A stretch of 64,000 nucleotides of DNA from the human T2T-CHM13v2.0 reference genome, Homo sapiens (GCF_009914755.1 NC_060934.1), one strand, 5' to 3'. Numbered from the stretch's first letter, positions 14,341 to 28,218 are shown. Notes: generated by a model not told the origin, from the sequence alone. Translations and numbers: made by a program.

Positions 14341-14569
14341 CTCCTAGACCCCTAAGCTGAGCAATCCCATGGATCTAGGAACTATGGAAGAGCAGTCCAC
14401 ACTTCTAAAAGTCTTTGCTTGTTCTTTATTTACAGTGACATTGTAATGAAGTCAAAAGAGTGTAAGTTTCGGTATGGGTAGAGTTGGGTTTAAACCCTGG
14501 ATCTGTAGTTTACTTAGTCAATCCTCAACCCTCACTTTCTTCATCTATAAAATAAATGATCACACTCAG

Positions 14570-14596
14570 ACACACACACACACACACACACACACA
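14570..14596. repeat. (CA)n microsatellite inside a MIR
   Basis: Direct reading. Confidence 0.95.
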
Positions 14597-15504
14597 AATG
14601 TCCAGTCCTTAGAATTGCAAACAGATTAGATGGTCAATGTGCCTAGCACAAAGCAGAGTACGTAGTAAAATAAATATCACTTCCCTTCCCTTAATTGCAG
14701 GGTAATTTAGAAGATTAGAGAGCTACATGTTCAAAGTACAGTGCATGGTGCAACAGTGTGTGAGGGGTGTAAATTATGTTTCTCTCTACCCTTCACCCTG
14801 CAGCTTCAGGGTGAAAACCTTGGCCATCAGCTTGTAATACAGGCCAGAATTACTTCTAGGCAGCATTTACATGAGAAGCACTGCTCTCAAGTCAAGGATA
14901 TTTTTTTCTTCTAAAATGTGTGCAATTCTCAGAGAACTAAGAGAATAGTCTGTAAGAAGAAACACGAGCCTGCTTTTTCTTAGAGTTGTCACTGGTGAAT
15001 AGTGTTACTGTAGGTTAATGAATTTTTCCAAAAGAATGAACTGTCTTGGGGGTAAAGAAGAGTGAGAAGAGGGAAGAGGGTGATTACCTGTGTGACTGTA
15101 GCACAGGCTTCATTAACTAACATTTCTCACTGCAGACAATTGCAAGTAAATCTCAGCTAGACAGAGATTCATGTCCATCAGAGATGGATTCTAACCATAC
15201 ATCCGAAGAGCAAGTGTCTCTCTGCTCAGCCACCATATAACAGTAAATACATAGCTGCAGGGTTTCTGTGGGTGGTCTCAGGATTTCCGCCTCTCTTAGA
15301 CAAAACAAGAACAGGGAATGCTACTTAACCCTCTTTTTGCAGAAATGCCACCCACCCTATGTGGTCATCATAGTAGGTGACCACAACCACAAGGAGGGGA
15401 GGGTGAGATGCCCACCTCTCACCTCCATATAACCACCGGAAAAATCTCATTTTGTCCAGGGAGAAGTTGAGTTTCTGTAATCAGGTCCTTTTCGTGCTTG
15501 CCGC

Positions 15505-15700
15505 TGAAGTGTACTCATGCACCAGCAACATCGGTGCCACCTGAGAGGTTGTTAGAAACAAGGCAGAATCTCACATCAGCCCTCCTAAATCAGAATCTCT
15601 GCAGGGGATCCTAAATGCACATTCTGACTCAGGTGGTCTGGGGTGGGACTTGTGATTTTGCATGTCAAACAAGCTCCTGAATAATGTCAATGTTGTTGGA
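15505..15700. mobile_element. MER5-type hAT DNA transposon fragments
   Basis: accagcaacatcggtgccacctgagaggttgttagaaa; attctgactcaggtggtctggggtggg...aacaagctcc. Confidence 0.65.
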
Positions 15701-15865
15701 TTAGCTCTGCAGAGAAGTGACAGTTTGGGATGAAGCCGATGCCTTAGGACAGAGCTAATCCTAGCCAGGTTATTCAGAATGGGTGGGGGGTTTGCCGATC
15801 AATTACAATTTTGAGCCTGGCTCTGTCCTAAGGCGTCTGCTTCATCCCAAACTGTCACTCTTCTC
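15698..15865. repeat. Long inverted repeat (40-bp arms, 38/40) plus nested 12-bp inverted repeat
   Basis: 15716-15755 is the reverse complement of 15820-15859 with 2 mismatches; 15698-15709 is the exact reverse complement of 15750-15761. Confidence 0.95.
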
Positions 15866-16219
15866 CTACTACTGGTGCAGGGCCAGCTAACAATCCACCC
15901 AAAATATGTGCACCTCCTTCAACAGTATGCAGTATTTTCTGGGAGGGAGTTCCCAGTCATTGCTGAAGCTTCCCACCCCTTCTCCAAGAAGCCATGTGAC
16001 CAGCTGTGGCTATGGGATCTGATGGTAGAGCAACAACAGGAAAGAGCTTGGGTCCCTGAGTCAACACATGGAAGAAAACACTCTCTGACCTTCAGTCATG
16101 TATTGGATTGTTACATGTGCAAGAAGCAGATTTTTCTTGTTTTATGCAACTGAGACTGGGATTTCTTTGTTCCAACAGCTAGTGTGCACTCATACTAACA
16201 CCACCATTACTCTCTCCCA

Positions 16220-16430
16220 CAAATTATAATAGCTACATTTTATTGAGTTGTGGCTACTCCCTGCTAGACACTGTGCAAGATGTTTTATATATATTGTCTC
16301 TAATCCCCTACAGCTATTAGGACTCTCATTTTGCAGAGGTAGAAACAATAGCTCCAGAGAGATTAAATAACTTGGTCAGGATCCCACCTCTAATGAAAAC
16401 AGAGCTGGAATTCAAACCAGGTGTGTTCTA
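16220..16430 (-). mobile_element. MIR SINE
   Basis: ctcattttgcagaggtagaaaca...agagattaaataacttggtcagga...gagctggaattcaaacc. Confidence 0.7.
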
Positions 16431-17340
16431 TTGTGAATGAGAGCAAAGCTGGGACTCAGTTCCGTGGAGATTTGTTGGCAGAATGAAATGAGATTTCATC
16501 TCCGGCTAGTTATTACCACATCAGACTGCTGTCTTCATGGACTTTCCCAAATGGCCTTTCTCAGCCTGCCTCTGTCCTTGGTACTCTCCCTTGCAAGGTA
16601 ATTACTAATAAAAATCCTGATGATATGCAGAAATTCTCCACCCATCTAGCCCCAGGCCCCTCCTGGAGCTGCCTTGTCTCCAGTGTCTCTCTGTATTTTG
16701 CAGCACAAAATGGTTGCTGTCAAGATGGTTTAATGTTCTTTGTAGGTCAAGGCTATTGGTTGCTTCAGCAATGCCCTTATTGCTGAGCTAGCCTCCTTCA
16801 CCAGCTGTTTCTGTTTTTGTGGGGTTTTTTTCCTTCCCGCTTCTCTTCCTCGTTGCACAGACACCTACATGCAGAGCCATAAGAGCAGCTGCACTAAAGC
16901 CTTCCCAGCCAGGGGAAGCACTAACACTTGGGGAGTGGGGATGGCAGAATCAGCTGCTGTATGCCCTAATCACAGCCCTGGTCCGCAGACCCTCAGGTCT
17001 GAGCCCCTACCATGGACTGCCAGCCTTCCCAGCATGGCTCATGTGCCCACTTTCCCTCAGTCTTCACCTCACAGCCTCTGTTGCTTCCTGCATGTGAATT
17101 CAACCAGTAAGATGGTCACTCTCATTTCATGGCTCCTCTGGTATCCTCAGCCATGCTGTTGAAGTTACTGCAGGAGAGAGGGCAGTGATGAGTGAGTTCC
17201 AGGATTTGGATTAGGTTCAGGAACAGAATGTGCATTCTACCTAAGATAGCCAGGGGCCAAAATGACGAGAATAAAGAGGATCCAAAGTTCTTCACCTATG
17301 AACATCCCCCATACCTTGCACATAGTAGGTACTCATCAAG

Positions 17341-17403
17341 TACTCATAGTAGTACTATGTAGTAGTACTCATAGTAGTACTATGTAGTAGTACTCATAGT
17401 AGT
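17341..17403. repeat. 25-bp tandem repeat x2.5 (tactcatagtagtactatgtagtag)
   Basis: Exact units at 17341-17365 and 17366-17390 plus a partial third. Confidence 0.9.
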
Positions 17404-20400
17404 GGTAGTTTATGCTCATTATACTCATTAAGTACTAGTTGCATAAACAATTGAATTAATTAGCAAATAAATAAGTAAATGTTAGATGTATATGCAAAAA
17501 TGTCCTAAAGTAGAACTGAAGATTTAATGTATCAAAGGGATCAGGGATTATGGAACACTTTATGAAGGATGAGTCATCTAAGCTGGGGTTTGGAAGGATG
17601 AATAGAAGCTCCCTATGGAGATAGGAGGTAGAAGAACTCACTTCTCAGATATTTCCATCTGTGCTTTGTACCTACAGACGAGAGCTGAGCTTCATGATAA
17701 CTTTACCTTGAGTGCACTCACCAATAATGAGTGTCTTGTTCTTTCCCTGATGTGTTTATCGTCTCTAATTAGATCCTCATGGGCCTCTGATTACTCTGCC
17801 AAAGCAGCTGATGAAAAGAAAGTCTGGAAAGCAGGCTCATTGACAAAGCATTGCTAACTGATTTGAAAGGAGCCCCCAGACAATGCTTCCTATGCTGACA
17901 GCAAACACTGAGAGCTGGTGTGGCCTGCACTGAGCATGCACATGATAAGGGATATCTTATTTAGTGCTCACAACAGCCCTAGGAGGAAGACTGAGGCACA
18001 GAGGGTTAAATGATTTATCCTGGTTGGCAGGACTTGGAAGAGCTGTAGAGCCAGAATTCAAACCCAGTTTGATGATATACCAGGATGCCTGGACACCTCT
18101 GTGTGAGGGCAAGCATGATCCTTCTATCTCTGACCACCATAGGCTAAGGCTCCGGAAGGAATCATTTTCTCCAGTTCACAGGTTATGCAGTACACAGTGG
18201 CACTTGCTGAGGTAGCCAGTGAGATGGAAATCTGGCCCATCCCTCCGGTTCATGCTGTGCTTTGGGCCTGGAAGAGATGCCGCTTGCCTTGGCTCCCTGA
18301 CCCACATGTGCTGGGGATGTGCCTAGAATTGGCACCTTTTTTCTAATTTCATGTGCCCAAGGGTGACACTTTTTCCAAATTTGCTCAAAGGCACTGTATA
18401 GTATAGACTGCAAGCTTTTCAGCTCCTCAGTGATATAACAAAGTAGATTATTTGGGGGACTTTGAGGTCAACAAGGCTGAGACTCAAATCCCTGCTACTT
18501 AACATGCAGATTTAACATGCTGCATGACCTGAAGCAAATTATTTAACTTATCTGTATCTCAAAAGTCTTAATTTATAAGTTTAGGATAATATTACTTGTC
18601 TCAGCAGGAAATTCGAGTTAAAAATGAAGTTGCAATGGCTTTGGTGCTTAACAAATATTAATTCCCAGCAAACAAATCTGGGAGCCAGAAAAGGCCTGGG
18701 AAAAAAACTAAAGTATTTCCCAGGGCAGAATGAGTTGCTCAGTGGAGACATTACCCTCCTACATTTGGGAGTGTTGTCCAGATTTTACCTCCTTCTCACA
18801 TAGGAGTGGACATGTAGTCTTTCTGTCCCAGGCACCATCAACCTTTCTCCCCAGCCTTCTAGCAGCGTGGAGTCGGGGACTGGGGGGCAGAGAATCCTCT
18901 TCCTGCAATAACTGAAAGCCTGCTCATGTTCAAAGACTAAAGAAGTACCAGAAAGAATTCTAGAAGGGAGCTCAAGCACATGGCTGTGGACCAGTAGTAG
19001 ACAGACTTTTACAATGAAGACATGGTAGTCTGAGTTCTTGTACCAATTCTGACATAGACCCCCCTGTGTCACAGAGGTAGTTATTTTATTTATCAGAGTC
19101 TAAGTAAGTGCTGGACAAGTTGAGGATAATAACATCTCCAATAAGATTATTGCCTAATGACACTATATTTAATTATCATAAATGGTGCCAAGCATATATA
19201 AAAATGCAATAATAGTTTTTGAAGATGTTATTAACATATCCCTTATTTACCTTGGAGTCTGGTTTGTAAGAATCAAATGTGACTATTTACATGCAAATGT
19301 TTAGCAAATTGCAAACACTCGGCAAATATTACTCCTTGTGCCTCAGTTTCCTCATCTATAAAGGAGGGAGCCTATTGCCTGTCTTTGCCCCTCTATCTCA
19401 CAGGGTTGGTAAAGAATCAAATTAAGTGAGAGATGGAAGAGTGTGGCTGTGAGCTGATTCAGTCTACAATGCGTATTGTCTTTGGTTCTGTTAACAGGAT
19501 ACAAAACAGCAGGGAGCTGCTTTCAAAAAAACAAATACTCTTTCAAGAAAGACAGCTTTCTCCCAACCCTCCCTGGTTCCCTACAAGGAGTCCTGGGGCC
19601 ATTTTTACTTGACTGTGGGGCCTGAAACCCCTGTCAAACAAATATACCAATGTTCCCCAGATCTCTAAAAGTAAGAAGGCCCTGCAGTCTGTCTCAGAGC
19701 CCCTGAAGCCCATGATATAGAAGAGGAATCAGGAGCCACTGCTTAGGTCCCCATCATACCCCATCCCCAACTCCCAGTGCTGTCACCAGCACCCCCACTG
19801 AGTCACAAGGGACCCCCTCAGGTGCCTGCTGGGAAAGGAGCTGGAGGGAGGGGCTCAGGAAACAAAGGTCCTGGTTTAATTAATGGCTTGTGTTTGTGCA
19901 AGAGAGGGAGCTGGGAGAAGGGAAAGGCCTGCAACCAGGCAGGGTGAAGCAGGGCTGGCAAGCACAGGCCTGCAGCCGATGTTCGCTACTGTCCAGGGGC
20001 CCCCATCTGGAAGGCAGGATCAGCTTGCCTCCCTCTGACGGATCACCAGGACTCTGAGTAGGTCAAGCCCTCTTGGACATGTGTCTCCATGTGGTGCAGT
20101 AGAAGTGGCATTTCAGGGTAGAAATGTCAGAGAGAAAGGTCTTGAAACAAAGATGCTGACCTCTCCCGCAGTTTTTTAAGCCTCTGAGCCCTGAAGCACC
20201 AAAGGCCACCCCAGAGGCCCTCCTGTCGAGCCGAGGTGCTCACAGGTGCATGACACCGCAGCTGTAAATGCTCCAAACCCCCCCACACCCCAGGAGACCT
20301 CCACCCAGCCAGCTCCCCTGCCCATTTCCATGTGCCCAGCTCTCGGGAGCCCAGGCCATGGCTGATTAGTCTCAACTTGAATGTAGAAATAAAGACATGT

Positions 20401-21469
20401 CTGGAGCACAGAAGAACTTGACCCAAACTGGGAAGCCCAAAGGCCTTCTGCCAAGGCAGCCTCCTGAGCTACTGGGAAAGAATGAGTAGGGGTGAGCGAA
20501 GGGCAGGGCTGGGCGGGGCATTCCTGACAAAGACAGTGTCCTCAGAAAATTCATGGAGGCACAAGCTAGTAAAGTGAGCAGACAGGTTCCAAGGGGTTGA
20601 GGTTGCTAGGAAATGAGAAGATGTCACTGGAGAGTGAGGCCAGACAGGGCAGTGGGCTGGGCACCATTGAGGATGTGTGTCTGGGAGGCTGGGGGTTTTG
20701 GAGGCTGGGCACGGGCCTGAGGGCAGGAAGGAACTGCTGCAGAACCTGGCACAGGTGACGATGGGTGCAAAGGTGCATTCAGAACAGAACACTCATGCTC
20801 AGAGCCACATGGAGACTGTATTGGAAGGATCAAGACTGGCAGAGAAATAGACAATCCCATAGGAGGCAGAGATTGTCCAGGTAGAATTTTCCATAAAACT
20901 TAAGTCCTGCTCAGATAAGGAGTTTGATATCTGAAGGAGATGTATGGTGGTGAGGGGTTGCAGGCAGGCTATTGGCTCATAGAATGGTAGGTGGCACTGC
21001 CAGTCAAAACAGGGAACACCAGCATCTATGGAGAGTAACAGGTGGGGAGGCAAGTTGAATGTGAGAAGCCTGGAAGATCTGCATTTGGAGATGAACAGTT
21101 GACCACTGGCTTATCAATCTGTGGCTCCTTCTTGCCAACATTCTGCAGGGACCACGTCTGCTGGTTCACAGTGCACACAGTAGGTGCACAAGAATGCGCA
21201 ATGAGTGCATGCTTTGAGGCATAGGGCAAATCACTCAAGAGATACAAGGATGGAAAGAAGGAAGTATATTAATACTCATCGACACAAAGATATATTGATG
21301 ACATACAGACTGTGCCCTATTTAATTTGTACAATAATCTAGGAAGTAGTATTCTTGTTACCATGTTGCTGCAGAGGAAGTTAAAGACACAAAGGAGAAAA
21401 TCAGTTATCCTTTCCCACAGCTTCTTAGAGGCACTACTACACTTCAAGCCTTTTCTAGCTTGAGAAGCC

Positions 21470-21710
21470 ATGGTTGGGAGCTCCAGCTGTAGAGTCAAAT
21501 GGTCCCAGATCAAACCCTGGGCATCGCCCACCAGCTGTGTGGCTTTAGAGATGTTACTTAATAGCTCTGAGGCAGCTTCTTCAACTACAAAATGGGATTA
21601 TATAGAGTGCATATCTCCTGGAATGGTTTGAAGATTTGCATGAGATGTTGCAAGTAAGCATATAGCACAGCTACTGGCAGACAGGAAGCACTCAGTAAAT
21701 GTCAACTCAT
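21470..21710 (+). mobile_element. MIR SINE
   Basis: accagctgtgtggctttagagatgttacttaa...aaaatgggat...gcactcagtaaatgt. Confidence 0.7.
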
Positions 21711-22055
21711 CCTGCTCCAGAGCCTCGCCCCCTCCCTCTGCATTGCACTGTCAGAAGCAGTGGCAGAAGCAGTAGAAGACCAGCCAGTGGTTGCTGTTTG
21801 CTGTCCTTTTAAGAAAAAGGTCACTTCATTCACTGTCAGGTAATGAGCCCTAGAGGTAGAGGCTGCCCAATGGTAGTGTCTTTTTTCTTGAGAAGTATAT
21901 CAAACGCATTGATAAGAAAAAGCCAGGACCGTCTCAGAAGTGTTGCTTGTGCCTGAATTCATTCTTCAATCTTTGGGAATGTACTAACTCTTGTATCACA
22001 CGTATTCTGGAACAGAAATCAAGAGCTTGTTTTCAATATATCCTCTGTCTCATCC

Positions 22056-22063
22056 TCTCTCTC

Positions 22064-22100
<37 letters not shown>
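22056..22100. repeat. (TC)n(CA)n compound microsatellite
   Basis: Direct reading. Confidence 0.95.
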
Positions 22101-22101
<1 letters not shown>

Positions 22102-22156
22102 CTCTTTTGCCTTTGAAACAATCTCACTTTGACCTCAAAAGCCAGTGTTTTGAAAC

Positions 22157-22335
22157 CAGTGTTTTCAAAGTGTAGTTGCAGGATCAACAGAAGCAGCATA
22201 TCCTGAGACTGTGTTAGAAATGTGAATTCTCAAGCCCTACACTGGACCTCTTGAATCAAGTTCTGCGAGTTGGGTCCAGCTTGTAGTTAACAAGCCCTTC
22301 AAGTGACTCTGAGGCTCACTCAAGTTTGAGACTTA
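22157..22335 (+). mobile_element. MER5A hAT DNA transposon
   Basis: cagtgttttcaaagtgtag...gttagaaatgtgaattctcaagccc...ctcaagtttgaga. Confidence 0.75.
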
Positions 22336-23123
22336 TCACCTTAGAGAAAGGTAAAAGAGGATCCTGGCTTGCCACTTATGGGATTGAAGGTGAGGGGAGG
22401 CCAATGGGGTCAATCCTCACCCAGCCCCCAACAGTGGCATCAAAGGTCCTACCTTAGCTAATCCATTTTCCTTCCATCTCCCATACCCTGGGCTACCTTG
22501 GAGAGCTCATGACAACGACAGACATCTGTAATTCTGAAGGTAGTTTCAAGCAAAAGGCTGGCTAGTCCTAACCTGAGCCAAGAATTATTCAACCCCAAAC
22601 CTAAAGCCAGAAAAAGATCTTTAAAACCAATCTTCTGTTGTCTTTGTTTCCAAATCATCCCACCCTTCAGATGTCTACTAAAACAATTAATGCTTCCATA
22701 TTTGTTTCTACTCCAAGAAACAGGTTTTAACAGCAATCTAAACTGCCAATGCCAACAGAGATTGGGCTGCCAACCTGAATAGATGAAAATACCTGGTCTG
22801 GCGAGTTGTTGGGAGTGGTGAGGCCTGTGGGAAAAAGAGGACATGACAATTTACAAGAAGCAACTGAGCATCATCCCAGCTGTGGCCTTGTAGGGTATGA
22901 GTCTAACAGGGCCAGATTTCATATTTGAGGCAAAGACAGAAATCAAATGTTTGCATCGCCCTCCAATGCAAATGTTAGCTCAATTGTTTTTCAAACATTG
23001 TGCTGGTCACACAGCAGCAGACTTGGCTACAGGCTGTTTGTGACCTCTGCTTTGCAGAAATACAGAACTCTTCTTTTTAAAAGAGCAGTTCAGGGATTTT
23101 TTTTTTTACTATAATTAACTTAG

Positions 23124-23429
<306 letters not shown>

Positions 23430-23431
23430 AG

Positions 23432-23738
23432 TTTTTTTATTTATGTATTTATTTTGTGACAGAGTCTTACTCTGTCACCCAGGCTGGAATGCAGTGGCAC
23501 AATCACAGCCCACTGCAGCCTTGATATCATGGGCTGAAACAATCCTCCTGCTTCAGCCTGCCAAGTAGCTGGGACTATAGGCGCATGCAAGCACACCCAG
23601 GTAATTCTTTGATTTTTTCGCAGAGATGAGGTCTTACTATATTGGCCAAGCTGGTCTCAAACTCCTGGGCTAAAACGGTCCTCCCACCTTGATCTCCCAA
23701 AGTGCTGGGATTACAGGCGTGAGCCACCGCACCCAGCC
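23432..23738 (-). mobile_element. Alu (AluJ-like), tandem with previous
   Basis: Full dimeric Alu in reverse. Confidence 0.95.
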
Positions 23739-24329
23739 TACTTTGTTACTATTTGCCTTGTAATTATGGACTGCACCTTTTATTAAATGAGGTTTCAAAT
23801 CTCTAAGACCAACAAATGCTCTAGACAGCACAAGTGAACCAGCACTAACCACTTACCTTTCCCTTCCTAAAAACCTAATACAGCTTCAAATTAGAAGGGA
23901 AACACTAATAGAAGGGAAGATGAGACAATGACTACTGTTTTTACATTCATCCCTGGATTAGAGTGTCTCCTCCAAGGACCCTCTTTGAGTAAACAGTGAC
24001 ATCCACTGGTTAAAAATCAGATCCTGCAACATGTTCACTCAAGAAAAGAAACAGGTTAGCAAGATATCTTTGATCTAGGCTGGGGATTCTCAGTTACCAA
24101 CAGACAGCAAAGAGAAATTAATCCAGAGTCAAGACAAAGCAGATCTTGAGAGAACAGAGATGTTAATAAGAACAAGGAGGAAATGTGATCCCCAGTACAC
24201 GCCAGGCTGCTTTGGGAATTACAGGAGTCTCCTCACTATGCTCGAATCAGCTGCCAGACACCAGAGCCAGAAGGGACCTGTGGTTCTGCACCATCTAGTA
24301 TGGGACCCTGACCCCTCATGATTACTGAG

Positions 24330-24555
24330 TTCTTAGGTTATGGCCAGTCTGAATGGCAATGTGCTATAAGCATGAGCTACACACTGATTTTGAAGGATTA
24401 TTAATGAAAAAAATACAAACTATCTCATTGATAACTTTTATATTTATGACACGCTGAAATAATATTTTGGATTATGTTGGGTTAAATAAAATATACTATA
24501 AAATTAATTTTACCAAGTTGAATTTTTTTTTACTTTTTTATTATAAGTACTAGCA
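24330..24555. mobile_element. MER33-like hAT DNA transposon fragment
   Basis: aactatctcattgataac...aatattttggattatgttgggttaaataaaatatactataaaattaatttt. Confidence 0.65.
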
Positions 24556-25293
24556 CCGTTATATCTCATCTAGCCTCATTGTTCTCAGCCCTGCTGAGGA
24601 TCAGAATCTCCTGAGCTTGTAAAATATACATATGTGGGGGCCCCACCCTCACAGGTACTGATTCAAGTGGTGGAGGGATGTAATTGACAGAAAAACCATG
24701 AACTGTATTCTTCTTCGGTTTCCTTTCTCTACATCTAAGCTCTCCTTGATCCCCCTGAATGTTATTGATCTGTAGTTCTCCTTAAGCACCACTTTCATCT
24801 TGCACTTCCCCATTCACAAATATATAATGCCTTCATTCACTTAACAGTCGTTAGGCACCTACCATGCACTTCAGGCCCTGGAGATGCAGGATGAAGAAGA
24901 CAGATAATATTCCTCTGTCTTGGAGCTTACATTTGGGGTGGAGTGGAAGAGATCAATCAAATCAGTCAATCAAGAAAAATATTAGCAGAGAACTAGAAAA
25001 GAGAGATATGAGAAGGAGAGACTGCATGGCCACTTTAGGCTAGGTGGCTTTGGATGGCTGCTCTGGGGCAGTTCAACTGAGGTCTGAGCAATGCCAGCTG
25101 TGAGGTCAAGAGAAGGAGCATTGCAGGCAGGGTAAACCCAATACAGAGGCTGACAGTGGTAAGTTGGCTGGTGCATTTGAACAGCCAAAAGAAGGCCATG
25201 GTGGCTATAGCAAGGCAAGTTTAACCAGGATTGGAGGGGTGAGAGAGCAGAATGGGGGCTGGGGCTTTACTAAGGAAGTAATTATTAAGGAGG

Positions 25294-25643
25294 TGTTATG
25301 GTCTGAATGTTTGTGTTCCCCACAAGGTTCCTATGTTGAAAGCTTCACCTCCTTAGAAGGTAAGAGCTTTGGGAGGTAGTTAGATCATGAGGATGGAGCC
25401 CTCATGAATGGGATTGGTGCGCTTATAAAAGGGACCCCAGAGAGCTCTCTCACCCTCTTTCTGCCATGTGAGGATACAATGAGAAGTCAGCAGTCTGCAA
25501 CCCAGAAAAGCGCCTTCACCAGAATTGACCATGCTGGCAGCCTGATCTTCCCAGCCTCCAGAACTGTTAGAAATAAATGTATGTTTTTTATAAGCCACCC
25601 AGTCTATGGTGTTTTTTTACAGCAGCCTGAACCACTTAAAACA
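25294..25643 (+). mobile_element. MLT1A-type MaLR solo LTR
   Basis: tgttatggtctgaatgtttgtg...agccctcatgaatgggatt...ataagccacccagtctatggt...aaaca. Confidence 0.85.
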
Positions 25644-26171
25644 GGCAGAATCAAGGATTCAAAGCCTGAACTAGAACAAGGTGAAGCAGGAGCGGGAAAA
25701 GGAACATGCCAAACAGAGGCAAGGATTCTGTACAAAGCCTCTGCGGCAGCAAGAAGGATGCCCAAAGGCCTGGAGACAGGCCCATATGCCTGGAACACAG
25801 TGGGGAATGGGGTCAAGGTCAGAGCCACAGACACAAGTCTCTGGTATGTAGGAAATCTCTGTATCTTCCTCTCAATTTTGCTGAGCCTAAAACTGTTCTA
25901 AAAAAAGTAAAGTCTTTTAAAAAATTGAGGAACTCCCCCTCACAAGAAGAAAATTAAGTTGTTAGATGAGATATATCAGGGCCCCCGTCCTTACTGTTTT
26001 CTCTGGCTGGGATAATCTACCCTTGGACTTGGGTGTGATTAATGCCTTCATATTCATCAGTTTTTGCACAATTGGCCTTTCTAGGCCACTCTATATAAGA
26101 CAGCACCCCGTCACTATCTAGCCCCAGCTTTATTTCCTTCATAGCACTTCAAATTACATATATTATTGTCG

Positions 26172-26208
26172 TGCGTGTGTGTGTGTGTGTATGTGTGTGT
26201 GTGTGTGT
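26172..26208. repeat. (TG)n microsatellite
   Basis: Direct reading. Confidence 0.95.
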
Positions 26209-27911
26209 TTCATAAACAAGAAATGTACCTGTTAATCAATACATGGCCAGCATCTTGTTTATAATACCTAGGACACAGTAAGTATTCAGTAGATATTTGC
26301 TGAATGAAAAAAGAAAACATCGCTTGTCTGTAATGTGGAGGGGAGTAAATGGAGTAGGACCACAGTGGAGAAAGGCAGATGGCCAGAAGACTATCACAAA
26401 TGGTCCAGGTGAGAAACAATGGTTTGGAGTAAGGTGATAGAGAGGGAGAGCTCAAGATAAGGGAAGCTGGTGATATACAGTGGGTAGGGATAAGAGGAAT
26501 GTATCAAGGATAATTCTCAGGATATAGGGTGGTGAGGTTCATTGAGTTGGAGAACACTGGAAGAGGACCAATTCTAAAGAGGAAAGCCTCACATTTGATT
26601 TTGAAAGAGTTGATCTTCAGATACTTTTGAGAAAGCCAAAGAAAAATATTTAGAAGGCTAGTGGATTCTGAAGTATTTACAGACAAAATAGTGTGATGAT
26701 TTGGATCATCTTCAAATTATACCAACCAGGCAGAGGATGAGGAGGAGCAGGGAGATAGAAGAAACAAAATAGCACAAAGTCAAGAGTAGCTGAAACTAGA
26801 TTCTAATTATTAGTGGTTCATTAACTTGTTCTATTTTGATATGTGCTTAAAATTTTCCAGAGGGGAAAAAAATGCTTTAAAGGATACAGGGGTATACATG
26901 ACTGGAGCAAAGGGGGAAAAGCTCAGACTAGACATATAAATTTGGATGATACATATTTAAAGGTGGTCATTAAAGCCATGGACATGGATAAAATCTCCCA
27001 GGCAAAAAGAATAGAGTAAATATCTAGGAGGCATCGGACCTCGTCTTGTAGAAATCTATCATGTAATGACTGAGCAGAGGCAAATGCACCTGCAGAAGAG
27101 ACTGGATGGAGTAGCCAAGAGAAAAAAACCTAGTCGAATGGGTGTGACTCCACAGACAGGTTCAACCGATGCCACAGAGGAGGAAGCTCTATTTTTTAGC
27201 TTATATGGTAGCCAGAGAGTATCACATTCTTTGAGCATCTGACAGGGCGCCAAGTGGAAGGGGCCTGGCTGATTCTTGTGGTCCCAAGCAGGGCAAGATG
27301 GGTTAGTGCAGAAGTCTTGGGTAGGCAGATTTCCCCTCAGTGTGCAAAGGGGGTGCTCTGAGAGGCCTTCATTTGTTTAAAAAAAATGTGCTTGGTGTAA
27401 TGCACTGTATCAGGCATCAGAGAGGCATTAGAATTTCTCTGGAAAAACAGGGAGTTTGTAAATAGAGCCTGGGAATGAATCAGGATAAATAAAACAATGA
27501 GCATGAAACAGGGGGCTGATGGTGTGGGCACCTCTTCTATCTCCCTCAAGCTGCTATTCACATTCTTCCTGTGTCATCATTGTTCTTGAAAGTACTTTCT
27601 TCTCTGCTGGAGTTTAACTTATTTTCCTTTGTTTTTCCCTTTCACAACCCCTGGCACATTAGACTGGAAAATGTCCATTGACTGCAGAATGAGCAAAGCC
27701 CCCGTGCCGTATCTTGGCCAGCTCTCATGCTTAGTGGATGCTGCCCTTCCTGGACATACTTCCTCCTCTGCACAGGGCTGGGGAGACTCAGAAGCCAGAC
27801 CACCCAGGTGTGAATCTTGGCTCCCTCTCTTACTAGCAGAGGGACCTAATCTAGCAAGTCATCTTATCTCTGTGTGCCTCTAGCTCCACCAGCAGTAAGC
27901 TGAGGGAATGA

Positions 27912-28218
27912 GGCTGGACAGAGTGGCTCTTGCCTGTAATCCCAACATTATAAGAGGCCAAGGCAGGAGGATCACTTGAGGCCAGGAGTTGGAGACCTGC
28001 CTGGGCAACATGGTGAGATGCCATCTCTACAAAAAAAAAAAAAAAAAATTTAGATTAGCTAGGTCTAGTGGTGAGCACCTGTAATTCCAGCTCAGGAGGC
28101 TGAGGCAGGAGGTTTGCTTGAGCCCAGGAGGTCAAGGCTGCAGTGAGCTGTGATCAGGCTTCAGTGAGCTATGATTACACCACTGCACTCCAGCCTGGGT
28201 AACAGAGCAAGACCCTGT
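27912..28218 (+). mobile_element. AluJ lacking a poly(A) tail, inserted in a MIR
   Basis: Dimeric Alu with internal ~20-bp tandem duplication near 28136-28176; flanked by gaatga/gaatga; MIR halves on both sides. Confidence 0.9.

Noticed and set aside
15360-15385. 8-bp stem hairpin tgtggtca...tgaccaca
   Set aside because: Short enough to occur by chance in 64 kb
17341-17403. CRISPR-like repeats
   Set aside because: Units are contiguous with no spacers, and the context is a primate genome
25404-25901. 165-aa plus-strand ORF
   Set aside because: Starts inside an MLT1A LTR and ends in an L1-like tail; no recognisable domain
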